From a virus, in the IMG/VR virus record IMGVR_UViG_3300043811_000032, positions 1 to 64,000 of that record: 64,000 nucleotides of DNA, one strand, 5' to 3'. A program made the position numbers and the translations under genes. How positions within the stretch are numbered: position 1 is the first letter of the stretch; every line of letters begins with the position of its first letter. Under the pieces are notes generated by a model. The model saw nothing but the letters and a program-made list of their open reading frames with translations. It ran no database searches and had not been told where the DNA came from. Of this stretch, positions 56,101-64,000 are shown in pieces.

Positions 56101-56201
56101 GGACACTCTGCCTCCGACTGGTCCTGCCCCTCCCACGACAGGTCCATCCCGTGTTGGACGTATGCTTTCAATACCGCAGGAACGGTCTTGACGACAGGCA
56201 T
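53112..56201 (-). CDS. primase-helicase (Zn finger + TOPRIM + MCM-like AAA+) with intein
   Basis: CPFC..WDCKVC, CEGPWD, FDND, SPPSTGKS, KDGDT, RDLYD, ERF. Confidence 0.85.
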   Translation of the reverse strand: MPVVKTVPAVLKAYVQHGMDLSWEGQDQSEAECPFCGKLKWRVATASGLWDCKVCGRAGNQVTFLRELWAAAQPPTDLEELAEDRKLLSVDTLVKWGAIRHPLTLDYALPGYNREGNLVQLYRYVRDYTSKRMKLLPTTLSGGEHVGHGLHGVPLFDASKEMCYVCYSDDTEILTNRGWMLFKELGEEDRVASYKPENESIRFERPRAKQVLDFHGEMVNFASRWCDLLVTPDHRMLCKRQQATKSQVRKAQDVGAGFQLPVSGTMVGEEAGPSETQAKLLTAFVADGCIRGGFQIEFSFYKDRKKERLKSLLNELGIKFKTHHWGSVDESESILIDKRQPEAQFLLECCPKKIWTGKELAWPLKTRQTIIEEIPHWDGDKGQNCIRYFTSNAANADVISRMAVISGYSSGTNRIPSEEENCNDQYVLCMIKKPWRVIVNKPTREHYKGKVYCVTVSTGFVVVRRNGKAVVSGNCEGPWDGMAWWETLQAARSAGLGQRANVLAVPGCSVFNPSWASLLAGKTVVLLFDNDHPREHQGRVTKAGLDGMERVARLLASQEAPPKEIRYIRWGADGYDPELPSGYDVRDWLTQGSTAEERIELQERLNDRIEPVPAEWLVKSEAGPHRDLLTTQPCDNWRDCVQAWRKAMKWTDGLDYGFSIIMAAVASVKVVGDQIWIMAVSPPSTGKSILCEAISVAREYVKAQSTFRGFYSGYQTDKEGTEDLGLVNKLRDKAFVVKDGDTVLTLPNRDQVLGQARDLYDTVGRSAFNNKMSRDYEGIRFAWILCGTGALRALDTSELGERFLCCRIMDVIDDSLEDEISWRKINQVRMNLYEVDGKVETTDTPEMIAAKRITGGYVEWLRQNVGRLLPHITMTDEAARLCMAYAKFVAYLRARPSKKQDEETSREMSARLTSQIGKLAYCLAIVLNRTAIDGEVMVRVRRVAMDTARGRTYEIIRHLAAAGDMGLEVAALIHLTHEGEDKERGLLKFLKRIGACEPHQPLKNGVNLRTRWRLTRRMAGLYREVMGEG
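54780..55706 (-). mobile_element. intein with LAGLIDADG-like domain (309 aa) in TOPRIM motif
   Basis: Begins CYSDDTEILT..GW, VTPDHRM, VYCVTV, ends SGN before Cys; removal restores YV-CEGPWD. Confidence 0.92.
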
Positions 56202-56749
56202 CAATAGCTCCTTACTTCCCACACGATCATCCGACGTTGGAGTACGCCACAGTGCACGCGATAGTGCGAGAACTCGACCACGTGGTCCTCGTAGGTATCC
56301 AGCAGCTCCATCAGCCAGTCGTAGTCGCCGGGGTCGAGCGTTGTCCGCAGTAACGAGGTAGCAATTATACCGTAAACCTCGGCCGAGCGGGTGGCTAAAG
56401 CGGGCCGCATCGGCATCGGCAACGTGCTGTAGAGCAAATAGAGCCCGCGATTGCTCTGCATCACCTCCCCTTGCAGCACCGTCGTCGCCGTGGGCGCCAT
56501 CTCGCTGCAGTACCAGTCCTGCGGATCACTCATCCGTAGCCACAGTCCTCGCACCGCGGAGTAGCTCTGGTCATAGTACGTCGCCCCAGCCGCCACCCGA
56601 TTGCGCAGGTGGTAGCTGCCCATCTGGTTAGCCCCACTCTCAAACGCAACGCGGTCGTGCCACGTGTTGGTGCGGTTGCCGAACTCCAGCGCTTGGTATC
56701 GCTGGGTGAAGTCCGTTTTACTTAGCACCGGCGGTCTGCTTGGCCACAT
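56201..56749 (-). CDS. hypothetical protein
   Basis: Coupled ORF between dUMP hydroxymethylase-like gene and primase. Confidence 0.65.
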   Translation of the reverse strand: MWPSRPPVLSKTDFTQRYQALEFGNRTNTWHDRVAFESGANQMGSYHLRNRVAAGATYYDQSYSAVRGLWLRMSDPQDWYCSEMAPTATTVLQGEVMQSNRGLYLLYSTLPMPMRPALATRSAEVYGIIATSLLRTTLDPGDYDWLMELLDTYEDHVVEFSHYRVHCGVLQRRMIVWEVRSY

Positions 56750-57821
56750 AGTTCGCCTCCCGTCTACAGAGCCACTCTACCGCCGCCAGACGCCAGTCAT
56801 CTCCCCAACACATCTGCGCCGCCTTGAGTGCGTGGGTGTAGTTCCTGCTCTTGCGGTGATGGAACGCCATCATCAGCGGCTGGGCGACGTTCCGCAGGAA
56901 GCTGCAGTGGTACGAGCCTGCCAGTGCGTCCTTGCTGTGCCGCTCGACAAATTCACTACACTCCTTGTCGAAGATTTCCAGCTCGTTGGGCGAGAGCAGC
57001 GGCCACTTGAGGTCGCGGTCGGTGTAGAAGTCGTCGTGCTTGGTGTCGGCGAGCCAGACCTCCGGTTTCCAATTGCTTTCGTACACGTGGCCATTCGTCG
57101 TGATCTGGTGGTACTGCCCTACGGCGACGCCGAGGTGCGCGGCGACGTATTCAAGCAAGACGCTGAAGTGTACCGCATTCGCTCCCAGCAGCCCCCAAAT
57201 CAAATCGTTAGAGCGATTGAACACCGTAAGGTTCAGCTGCCGCGGCTCGCCGTGCGTCCAACCCCCCGACATCTGGAACGTCGCGGCGAGGTTGCAGCAG
57301 ACATCGCGGCTACGGTCGATAGCCAATAGGTCCTGATCCACCGTCCACATCTGGAGCACTGCCCGCCGGCTCTCCGGCTTCTCCTTCAAGTGTCGTATGA
57401 TCTGGGCTATCTGGTCCCAAGGCTCTAGGGCGTACCTATCGCCGGCGCTGTCGATCTGGTCATCGGTCAAGGCGTAGCTCTTGCTGTGCCGCCATCGCTT
57501 TCCGTAGCCGCCATTGAACGTCTCGCCGTCGTCCGTGTACTCCTTGAACTGCTTAGCGTAGTAGACGAGCGGGCTTACATCGTTCCGCCCCGCCAACATG
57601 TATAACGCTTCGTAGAGCATCATGAATGGATTCGCGTCCCGAGCCCCATTCATCAAGACTCTTTCACATGGCCGCTCGTACGTCACCGTCAACGGCTCCT
57701 CGATGACCAACACCGACCCGTTGCGGCTAGGGCTGGGTGTAGTTGGAATCGATCCGTCGTGTATGCCCTGCACTATCGTCCTGAAGGCGGTTCCGACGTT
57801 GCGTGTCTTGATCTGTGGCAC
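56718..57821 (-). CDS. thymidylate synthase-family enzyme, dUMP hydroxymethylase-like
   Basis: SRNG, RDANPF..E.L.ML.G, GGYGKRWR, SRRAVLQMW, DVCCN, NRSND..WG..GAN. Confidence 0.85.
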   Translation of the reverse strand: MPQIKTRNVGTAFRTIVQGIHDGSIPTTPSPSRNGSVLVIEEPLTVTYERPCERVLMNGARDANPFMMLYEALYMLAGRNDVSPLVYYAKQFKEYTDDGETFNGGYGKRWRHSKSYALTDDQIDSAGDRYALEPWDQIAQIIRHLKEKPESRRAVLQMWTVDQDLLAIDRSRDVCCNLAATFQMSGGWTHGEPRQLNLTVFNRSNDLIWGLLGANAVHFSVLLEYVAAHLGVAVGQYHQITTNGHVYESNWKPEVWLADTKHDDFYTDRDLKWPLLSPNELEIFDKECSEFVERHSKDALAGSYHCSFLRNVAQPLMMAFHHRKSRNYTHALKAAQMCWGDDWRLAAVEWLCRREANYVAKQTAGAK

Positions 57822-58392
57822 GGTGCTCTCCTTTGTAAAGTTGCTCGAACGCGGCCAAGAACTCTACCTCGCTCTTCTGCCACGTCCACGGTATCCAATA
57901 CTTGACGCTGGCGATCTCCTCTGCCGTCAGCGGCGGGTAGTTCCGCTCCTGGTCTGGCTGCATCAGGGCGACGGTGCAGCCCGGTAGTAACTTGCTCATC
58001 TCGTAGCGGACCAGCACCCGGTCGGCGCGTTCCACTACCTCCGCCGTCTCCTCCGCGCAACCATACTTGCGGTAGATCGTCCTCTGCAGCCGGTCCTCCG
58101 CCGCTCGGTAGCCAGCCATCTCGGGCGTCTTCTTCAGCCACTTCGTCACATCCCCGAGATAGGTCTCACTGGCGTCGTGGAGCAGAGCTTGGAGCGCGTG
58201 GGGCGTGTCCCAGCAGATCCGAGCCGCGTAGACGCTGTGCTGGGCGACGCTGAGCGGCACCTTGGTTGCGCCTGCGAAGCGGTTGCATAGGGCAAGATGG
58301 TGGGCGATGTCCTCGATGACGATGTCCGCCGGCTGGACGTCGAGGGGGTTGATCTTGCGGCCGGTGAACGAGTACATAAAGGGCTGAGTCAT
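57727..58392 (-). CDS. HD-domain (YfbR-like) nucleotide hydrolase
   Basis: IEDIAHHL..NRF.G, SVAQHS, ALLHDASE.YLGD. Confidence 0.85.
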   Translation of the reverse strand: MTQPFMYSFTGRKINPLDVQPADIVIEDIAHHLALCNRFAGATKVPLSVAQHSVYAARICWDTPHALQALLHDASETYLGDVTKWLKKTPEMAGYRAAEDRLQRTIYRKYGCAEETAEVVERADRVLVRYEMSKLLPGCTVALMQPDQERNYPPLTAEEIASVKYWIPWTWQKSEVEFLAAFEQLYKGEHRATDQDTQRRNRLQDDSAGHTRRIDSNYTQP

Positions 58393-58451
58393 CCTGAACT
58401 CCTTATGGATCAACGGGATCGGAAAACTTGGTTCAATCTAGATATTTCGCC

Positions 58452-58479
58452 TTGCTTCAGGCTACAGTCGGCGTATACT
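58452..58479 (+). promoter_or_regulatory. sigma70-like promoter
   Basis: TTGCTT-16 nt-TATACT upstream of GGAG RBS and plus-strand gene. Confidence 0.55.
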
Positions 58480-58533
58480 TTACCAAGGCGACAGGGGGCA
58501 CACCGCCACCCGGCCACCATCTGGAGAACCGCA

Positions 58534-58944
58534 ATGACCGCTACCATGACCGAAGCCCCCGTCAGCACCAATGGCCACACCAGCAGCACCAAGCCGGTTG
58601 CCAAGAAGACTCGCAAGGCCAAGCCTGCCGCCACCAAGACCGAGGCCCAGTACGGCATCGACCGCAGCCACGACCTGCCGTGGCACGACAAGAAGGTTGC
58701 CATCTTCAAGGCACTGAAGGCGCTGGGTGCCACCAAGAGCGGTGACGCCGTGTCGGCCGTGCAGGTTGCTGCCAAGGCCAAGGTGACCGCCCGCGACGTC
58801 CGCCACTACTGCTACCACGCCAAGGCGGCTGGGCTGGTTGACTTGGCCACCATCGAGGACGTTCGCGGCCACGCCTTCTACCTGACCGCCAAGGGCCGCA
58901 ACATCGACCCCGTGCAGGCACAGAAGGCTGAACAGGCCGAGTAA
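58534..58944 (+). CDS. Lys/Ala-rich winged-helix DNA-binding protein
   Basis: GGAG RBS; SAVQVAAKAKV..GLV..FYLTAKG. Confidence 0.75.
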   Translation: MTATMTEAPVSTNGHTSSTKPVAKKTRKAKPAATKTEAQYGIDRSHDLPWHDKKVAIFKALKALGATKSGDAVSAVQVAAKAKVTARDVRHYCYHAKAAGLVDLATIEDVRGHAFYLTAKGRNIDPVQAQKAEQAE

Positions 58945-58971
58945 CGCTGCCACCATTACCAACCCCCTTAC

Positions 58972-59005
58972 AGGCCCGTACAATGGTGTGCGGGCCTTTA
59001 TTGTT
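58972..59005 (+). terminator. hairpin, possible terminator
   Basis: AGGCCCGTAC..GTGCGGGCCT followed by TTATTGTT. Confidence 0.45.
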
Positions 59006-59015
59006 GGAGCCACTT

Positions 59016-59249
59016 ATGGAACTCAACCGCGCTCAGCTCTGCCTGCTCCGCAGTATCAAGTCCACCGGCTTCCCTGCCGAGTTACTGCAGATCTTCCTCG
59101 GTCGCTGCGGTGCCACCGTTGCCGAGTGGCAAGCCCTGCTGGATGCCGACTTGGTTACTGCCGGCAAACGTGCCGAACGTGGTCGCTACGTGATTACCAA
59201 GGCTGGCACCACCGCTTACAACCACCGCCCGAAGCACATCTACTTCTAG
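59016..59249 (+). CDS. small winged-helix-like protein
   Basis: GGAG RBS; L.DADLV..YVITKAG. Confidence 0.55.
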   Translation: MELNRAQLCLLRSIKSTGFPAELLQIFLGRCGATVAEWQALLDADLVTAGKRAERGRYVITKAGTTAYNHRPKHIYF

Positions 59250-60211
59250 CCCATCTCCCACGGCTGCAGTACCGGCAAAGTATAACAACCTTTGCCGAGT
59301 GCTGTGGCTATCGCCCGCTCATCCTCTGCTGTTGGCAGCGGCAGGCTCTTCTTACCCTTCTTGTCCGGTAGCAGCCCCGGTCGATAGCTCAGTGCATCGC
59401 AGCCGGCACACGGACCGAAGTCACGCAGCCCGTGGTACAGCTTGCGCCGTGCCGCTCGCATTGCCGGCCCCTGCCAGATCTGCTCTAGTGTCTGTTGCAC
59501 CACGTTGCCACACTGGTACTCACCGCGCCAGTCGTTGCAGCATACTGCCACGCTACCATCCCAGCGTATGCTCAGCTCCCTGAACGGTTTGGCACACCGC
59601 TTGCCCATCGCGTTGTCGTTCTTGGGGCTGCCGCAGCCCGCGTGGTTGTTCAGACTGGCGTGGGTGCCCTTGGTCGCCTCGGCGATGTCCTGCACGATGA
59701 CCAGGTCGTGCTCGTCTGGCTTGCGGCGCCGGTGCGGGTTGCCCGACTTGTCTGCTGGGTACATCGTCGGCTCGTGCTTGCCGCTGTACCGCTGCAGGAT
59801 CTTGGGCACGATTTGCACCCCTTCGTAGGCATCCAAGGCCAGCACGTTCAGGCTCTGCAGGGCAGTGTCGATTGTCTCCGTCGGTGTCCTCAGGAACCCC
59901 GCCCCGTTGCTGGTCATCATCAGGTGAGCACGCTTGGGCAGTCGTCGCCGGAACGTGCCAAGTATCTCCAGCATCTGTGGGTTAGCACTAGGCTCACCGT
60001 GCATAGCAAACTCGATGCGTGGCAGCCAATTGTCCTGCTTGAGCAAGTACACAATCCGCTCCGCTAGCAACACAGTCATGAACTTGTAGTCGTTGTCCTT
60101 ACCGCGGATGCCGTTTAACCCACAGAACTGACAGCGTAGCTGACACCCTTCAGTGAGTTCTACTTGTAGGGCGAACGGCGGTTCCTGTCGCTCAGGATTG
60201 TGAAGAGGCAT
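59246..60211 (-). CDS. radical SAM/SPASM-twitch domain protein
   Basis: CQLRCQFC, HGEP, TSNG, CAKPF..IRWDG.V..CCND..GN..CAGC. Confidence 0.9.
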   Translation of the reverse strand: MPLHNPERQEPPFALQVELTEGCQLRCQFCGLNGIRGKDNDYKFMTVLLAERIVYLLKQDNWLPRIEFAMHGEPSANPQMLEILGTFRRRLPKRAHLMMTSNGAGFLRTPTETIDTALQSLNVLALDAYEGVQIVPKILQRYSGKHEPTMYPADKSGNPHRRRKPDEHDLVIVQDIAEATKGTHASLNNHAGCGSPKNDNAMGKRCAKPFRELSIRWDGSVAVCCNDWRGEYQCGNVVQQTLEQIWQGPAMRAARRKLYHGLRDFGPCAGCDALSYRPGLLPDKKGKKSLPLPTAEDERAIATALGKGCYTLPVLQPWEMG

Positions 60212-60983
60212 ATGCTTTGCTCCAGTAGACAACCACGTCGGTACGCTCCTCCATCCCCTGCCAGTTCTTCGTCTGCTTCTTGACCACCTTGACGAACCCG
60301 GGATGTAGCTCGGCCAGCCGCTCGGCTGCTTGGCTCTGCATCGCTGTTGTCCGGTACTGACTGCATCCGCCTGGCAGATTGCTGCCGCCTTGGTTCCAGC
60401 ACCATCGGTAGATCATCGCGTTGGGCAAGCCCTTGCGCAGCATCTGCAGGGTCAGATCGAAGTCCTCCATAACCGGCAACCGCCCTGCCTCCACACCGGC
60501 TTGCCGCACCTGCTCCAAGTCATACATGTAGGTATTGAACATGCGACGACACTCGGCCACGTCTTCGGTCTCTCGGTTGTTCCCCTGCCGTGCCGACAGT
60601 CCCACATGAGCGTACTTGTCTAGCAACAATCGCCAGTACTCAAACAGCTCGGTGATCATCTTGCTCTGCGGTTCCAGACTTACCAGCTTGGGAGACGCCA
60701 TATCCGGTCGGTACGCGAACGTCATGTCGTCGTCGATCATCGCTAGGTAGCGAGTCTGACACGTCTCCATCAAGTACTTCCTAGTGCCGCTGATGCCCTT
60801 GACGGTGCTTGGGACATACCACAACGGTGCCAGCGCTCCCCATGACCTGTACGACGGCGTCTCGTTGTTGGGAATAGCCAGCTTGGTGACCCTGAGCAGC
60901 TCATTGGGCAACTGCTCCAAGGTTGTCTGCTTGGACGATCTGCCCGAGCTGGGGATCACAATGGTAACGTCTTCAAGCCCCAT
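60192..60983 (-). CDS. TET-associated (GREB1/TAGT-like) glycosyltransferase
   Basis: IVIPSSGR, GI..TR, MIDDD, EDFDLTLQ.L..G, GGCS.YRT, HP. Confidence 0.75.
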   Translation of the reverse strand: MGLEDVTIVIPSSGRSSKQTTLEQLPNELLRVTKLAIPNNETPSYRSWGALAPLWYVPSTVKGISGTRKYLMETCQTRYLAMIDDDMTFAYRPDMASPKLVSLEPQSKMITELFEYWRLLLDKYAHVGLSARQGNNRETEDVAECRRMFNTYMYDLEQVRQAGVEAGRLPVMEDFDLTLQMLRKGLPNAMIYRWCWNQGGSNLPGGCSQYRTTAMQSQAAERLAELHPGFVKVVKKQTKNWQGMEERTDVVVYWSKAYASSQS

Positions 60984-61836
60984 TGTACTTCCTCTTCAGG
61001 TGCCCATCCCTACTTAGTGCCCGCTCCATCTTATCGTACTCACATAATGAATGTTCAACCTCGCGGGCCTCGAACGGCGGCATCTTGGGCAGTTGCTTGG
61101 TCAACACGCGCAGCAACCGCTGGCTCTCCTCTTGCCACAGATCACGGGACACCGGTTCATTCAGCCCACGCCCTAGCAATCGGTTCAGCCCACGCTTGGC
61201 ACCTGGCCCTGGATTGGACCACGTCAGCTTGTCTGTGGCGTGCTCCAGCAGTGTCGTGTACCGCAGGTCGCACACCACTTCGTACGCCATGAAGCCGCTG
61301 CCGCCCAGCCCTAGATACTGTTTGAGTCGGCTGTGTGCCTGCTGCATCGTCCGCCACTTGGCAGCATCCGCCAGCAGGCTTGGCAGGTCATCCCACACTG
61401 GCTGGATGTAGTCGTCACACACACGGTCGATCTTGGGCTTGGTGCTGCCGCTGTTGCTGATGTTGAACGCCCCCGTGAACACACGGTCCAACTTGCGCAG
61501 GTGTTGCTTGGCGTAGCCGAGCCGCCAATTGGTCAGCAGATCGTGCTCCAGCAGCAGCTCGCCGGTCGGTATCCAGTTAAACCACCGGAAGCACACGGTA
61601 GCGAACAGCACCGCAGGGTCGTCCCGCATCGGCTCACGCACATGCTCTCTGAACCATGCCGTCACCTTGTCGTTCTCGCGGTATGGATTGGTGAAGAATG
61701 TCAAACGCAACACGGCATCATCTGTCCACGGCTTGGGCTTGCCGGCTCGCCGCTTAAGATAGATCTGGTGGCGTTCACGCACCCAGTAGATGAACCGGTC
61801 GAGCGGGCTCAGCTTGATTACTTCTGACGTTATCAT
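60973..61836 (-). CDS. aGPT-Pplase1 / amino acid:DNA transferase, paralog 1
   Basis: ERHQIY..R..G.P.PWTDD, FTNPYRE.D, FRWFN, FMAYEVVCD, GPG..RGL, EHSLCEYDK. Confidence 0.85.
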   Translation of the reverse strand: MITSEVIKLSPLDRFIYWVRERHQIYLKRRAGKPKPWTDDAVLRLTFFTNPYRENDKVTAWFREHVREPMRDDPAVLFATVCFRWFNWIPTGELLLEHDLLTNWRLGYAKQHLRKLDRVFTGAFNISNSGSTKPKIDRVCDDYIQPVWDDLPSLLADAAKWRTMQQAHSRLKQYLGLGGSGFMAYEVVCDLRYTTLLEHATDKLTWSNPGPGAKRGLNRLLGRGLNEPVSRDLWQEESQRLLRVLTKQLPKMPPFEAREVEHSLCEYDKMERALSRDGHLKRKYNGA

Positions 61837-62705
61837 CTTTTGCCGCCATACTTCTTAGTAGTGCCTTGCTCCAAGCTGGCTCGTTCGTATTTGTCGAACT
61901 CACAGAGGCTGTGTTCTATGTCTCGCATCTCAAACCGCATCCGTAGCCGTTTGGTAGCTACACTGAGCAGACCCTCTATCTTGTCCAATGCATTTGGAAC
62001 GTCGTCTTGCTTTGCGTACATCCAACCGACCTTTCCAGTGCGATGGTCTACGCCTGCCACTACCGGCATACCAAGCACTCTGCGCAGCCCGCGAAGACAT
62101 CCTGGTCCTACGTTGCACCATGTCATGGTGTCGTGTGCCTTATCTAGCAACGACGTGTGTCTGAGGTCACTCACAACTTCATAAGCCATGAAGTCCCCCA
62201 AGTATTTCTGCTGTCGTAGCTCCTTCCAAGCTCCTTGCAGGCTGTTAGATCTCAGAGTGACTGTCTTGAGCCATTCAATAGCTGTACATACGCCCTCTAT
62301 CTTAGACATCCCTGTCGGTGCTGCTATGACGAAGGCGCCAGTAAATACCGGACCATTTACAGTAGACAGCACGTGGATGGCCTTATTCTTGTCCCACGCA
62401 TGTAGCAGCCCATTATCAAGTAGTATCTGTCCAGTGTCGATACGGTTGAACCAACGGAAAACTATAGTTCCTAAGAGCACCCGCACATCACTCCTCATCG
62501 GCTCCCTGAACTGCGTTCTGAACCATGCTGTGGTTTTATCGTTCTCCCTATACGGGTTGGTAAACCAGAACTTTTGCATGACCGTATCGTCAGTCCAAGG
62601 TGGTAGCTTGCCTACCTTGCGCCTGCGGTATATCTGGTCTCTCTCTCTAATCCAGTAGAGAAACCTATCAACAGGGGATAGATTTCGCACGTCCTCGATC
62701 AGCAC
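61833..62705 (-). CDS. aGPT-Pplase1 / amino acid:DNA transferase, paralog 2
   Basis: Same motifs: PWTDD, FTNPYREND, FRWFN, FMAYEVVSD, GPG, EHSLCEFDK. Confidence 0.85.
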   Translation of the reverse strand: MLIEDVRNLSPVDRFLYWIRERDQIYRRRKVGKLPPWTDDTVMQKFWFTNPYRENDKTTAWFRTQFREPMRSDVRVLLGTIVFRWFNRIDTGQILLDNGLLHAWDKNKAIHVLSTVNGPVFTGAFVIAAPTGMSKIEGVCTAIEWLKTVTLRSNSLQGAWKELRQQKYLGDFMAYEVVSDLRHTSLLDKAHDTMTWCNVGPGCLRGLRRVLGMPVVAGVDHRTGKVGWMYAKQDDVPNALDKIEGLLSVATKRLRMRFEMRDIEHSLCEFDKYERASLEQGTTKKYGGKR

Positions 62706-64000
62706 GCCTCCGCCTCCCCCCAGTTGCTCGGATGATAGTTAATCGCCACGCGGAGGGGCACGCCAATATCCACCCCCGACTCCTCCATCAGCTTTGCCAG
62801 CTTGCGCACCTTGGGCAGGTTCCGCTTGCCGCCGGCTGGGAAGTCGAAGTCGATCTCGTCGTGTACTTGCAGCACCATCCGCCCGTCGAAGCCGTCCTCG
62901 CGGCGCCACTTGTCCAGTTGCTCTCGGCAGCGGATCATAGCCTTGAGTGTGCACCACATCGCCCCGCCCTGCGTCCGGTAGTTCAGCGGGATCGTCGGAC
63001 TGATCTTACCCCACTCGGTCCGAGTGCACATCAGCGGATAACCGTGGTGCGGGTCCACCGTCTTGTCGGGCGGTGTCTCAATGTAGCCGTGCTTGTTGGC
63101 GAAGTCTATGCAGTGCTGGTTCCATCGCGTCAGTTCTTTGAGCTTGTCGCTTACCGCCTTGCGGGCACCCTGCTTGTGGGCAGCTCGGTCCGCCGTCTCG
63201 TCGCCGGCCCCGTATTCATAACTGAACCCGAAGTTCTTGCACCACTGGTACCAGGTCGTGCTATACTTCTTCTTGAACGCCCCCTTGGTATCGGCTAGCG
63301 GCCAGAACAGGTCAGGGTAGATGATACTGGCATTCATCAAGTGGTAGCTGCCATAATACGGCGGCTCGTCTGGCTTCTCGAACAGGTCTATCATTAGCCG
63401 CTCGCCAGATTCCCAGGCCGGGATTCTGAGTTCTATGTTTTCATAGTCCAGTGCCCACCATTCGCGCCCTTCGGCTGGACCGAACGCATACCGCAGGCTC
63501 TGCGTCTCCAAGCCAGTTCCACAACACGCTGAGCAGCCTTCGCCCTCGCACTCGCTGCATTCAGCCTCCTGCTTCGACACGTTCTGGCTGTTAGGGTTGG
63601 ATGACGACCAGCGGAGCGTATCCGTGCCAGTCGGTGAGAGCGATGGGTGGATATGATACCAGTCCTCCTTGATTGGTATCCAGAACCGGCGATACGCCTC
63701 CATGTACGCGACCGACGTATCCCGCTTGCGCTTGCGTTGTATCGCCTTGACGAAGTCTAGTTGCTTACCTTCCAAGGTTAGTTCGTACTTATCCATCGCC
63801 ACCTTGTTCAGCGACGGGTTGCCAGTGTCCGTCCACTCCACCACCGGTAGCTTGAGGTATTGCTGCTTGGGACTACCCTCCTGCGGCTTACCGAAGCAGA
63901 AGTTCAGCAGCGAGTTGTTGTTCCCGCTCTTGGGCAGTTTCAGGTCGTAGTCCAGCCCTTTGGCTATCGCCACGCACTTGGCCCCTGCCTCGGCACTCTC
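62699..64000 (-). CDS. family A DNA polymerase (5' part outside window)
   Basis: T.TLRWSSSNPNSQN, motif A DYENIELRI, motif B K..GF..YGAG, motif C QVHDEI. Confidence 0.92.
   Translation of the reverse strand, partial: ESAEAGAKCVAIAKGLDYDLKLPKSGNNNSLLNFCFGKPQEGSPKQQYLKLPVVEWTDTGNPSLNKVAMDKYELTLEGKQLDFVKAIQRKRKRDTSVAYMEAYRRFWIPIKEDWYHIHPSLSPTGTDTLRWSSSNPNSQNVSKQEAECSECEGEGCSACCGTGLETQSLRYAFGPAEGREWWALDYENIELRIPAWESGERLMIDLFEKPDEPPYYGSYHLMNASIIYPDLFWPLADTKGAFKKKYSTTWYQWCKNFGFSYEYGAGDETADRAAHKQGARKAVSDKLKELTRWNQHCIDFANKHGYIETPPDKTVDPHHGYPLMCTRTEWGKISPTIPLNYRTQGGAMWCTLKAMIRCREQLDKWRREDGFDGRMVLQVHDEIDFDFPAGGKRNLPKVRKLAKLMEESGVDIGVPLRVAINYHPSNWGEAEAC

Noticed and set aside
1-64000. CRISPR array, rRNA, integrase, IS element, reverse transcriptase/DGR
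   Set aside because: No regularly spaced repeats or diagnostic motifs seen by eye; short or degenerate repeats could have been missed

Overview
64 kb of a large GC-rich tailed dsDNA phage genome (Caudoviricetes, HK97-type head). Almost all genes are on the minus strand and tightly coupled. The host is probably Planctomycetota, inferred from a Zn-ribbon SpoVG, TIGR02996-like motifs and planctomycete-style secreted CxxCH proteins. In transcription order (right to left) the window holds: (1) family A DNA polymerase; (2) a thymine hypermodification cluster (two tandem aGPT-Pplase/amino acid:DNA transferases, a TET-associated-type glycosyltransferase, radical SAM/SPASM, HD hydrolase, dUMP hydroxymethylase-like enzyme); (3) an intein-containing primase-helicase and an intein-containing DNA methyltransferase; (4) a divergent sigma-like gene, a probable small terminase and a two-gene large terminase; (5) a ~21 kb glycan biosynthesis cluster (ThDP E1 alpha/beta, ColD-like, Fcl/ColC-like, HddA-like kinase, epimerase, 2 B12-radical SAM, 2 MTases, ~8 glycosyltransferases); (6) a ~14 kb block of membrane/secreted genes (response regulator, two c-type cytochrome-like proteins, S53 protease, HNH nucleases, tRNA-Ile with a 103-nt insert); (7) portal, capsid-like protein, MuF-like protein, SpoVG, a 1093-aa modular protein and a prohead protease fusion running off the left edge. 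The most notable signals are the glycan pathway inserted between terminase and portal, the DNA hypermodification gene set, an 11-nt stop-containing insert exactly inside a radical SAM CxxxCxxC motif, the interrupted tRNA, and modular head proteins punctuated by K-[A/S]. All family assignments are from motifs recognised by eye; no searches were run.
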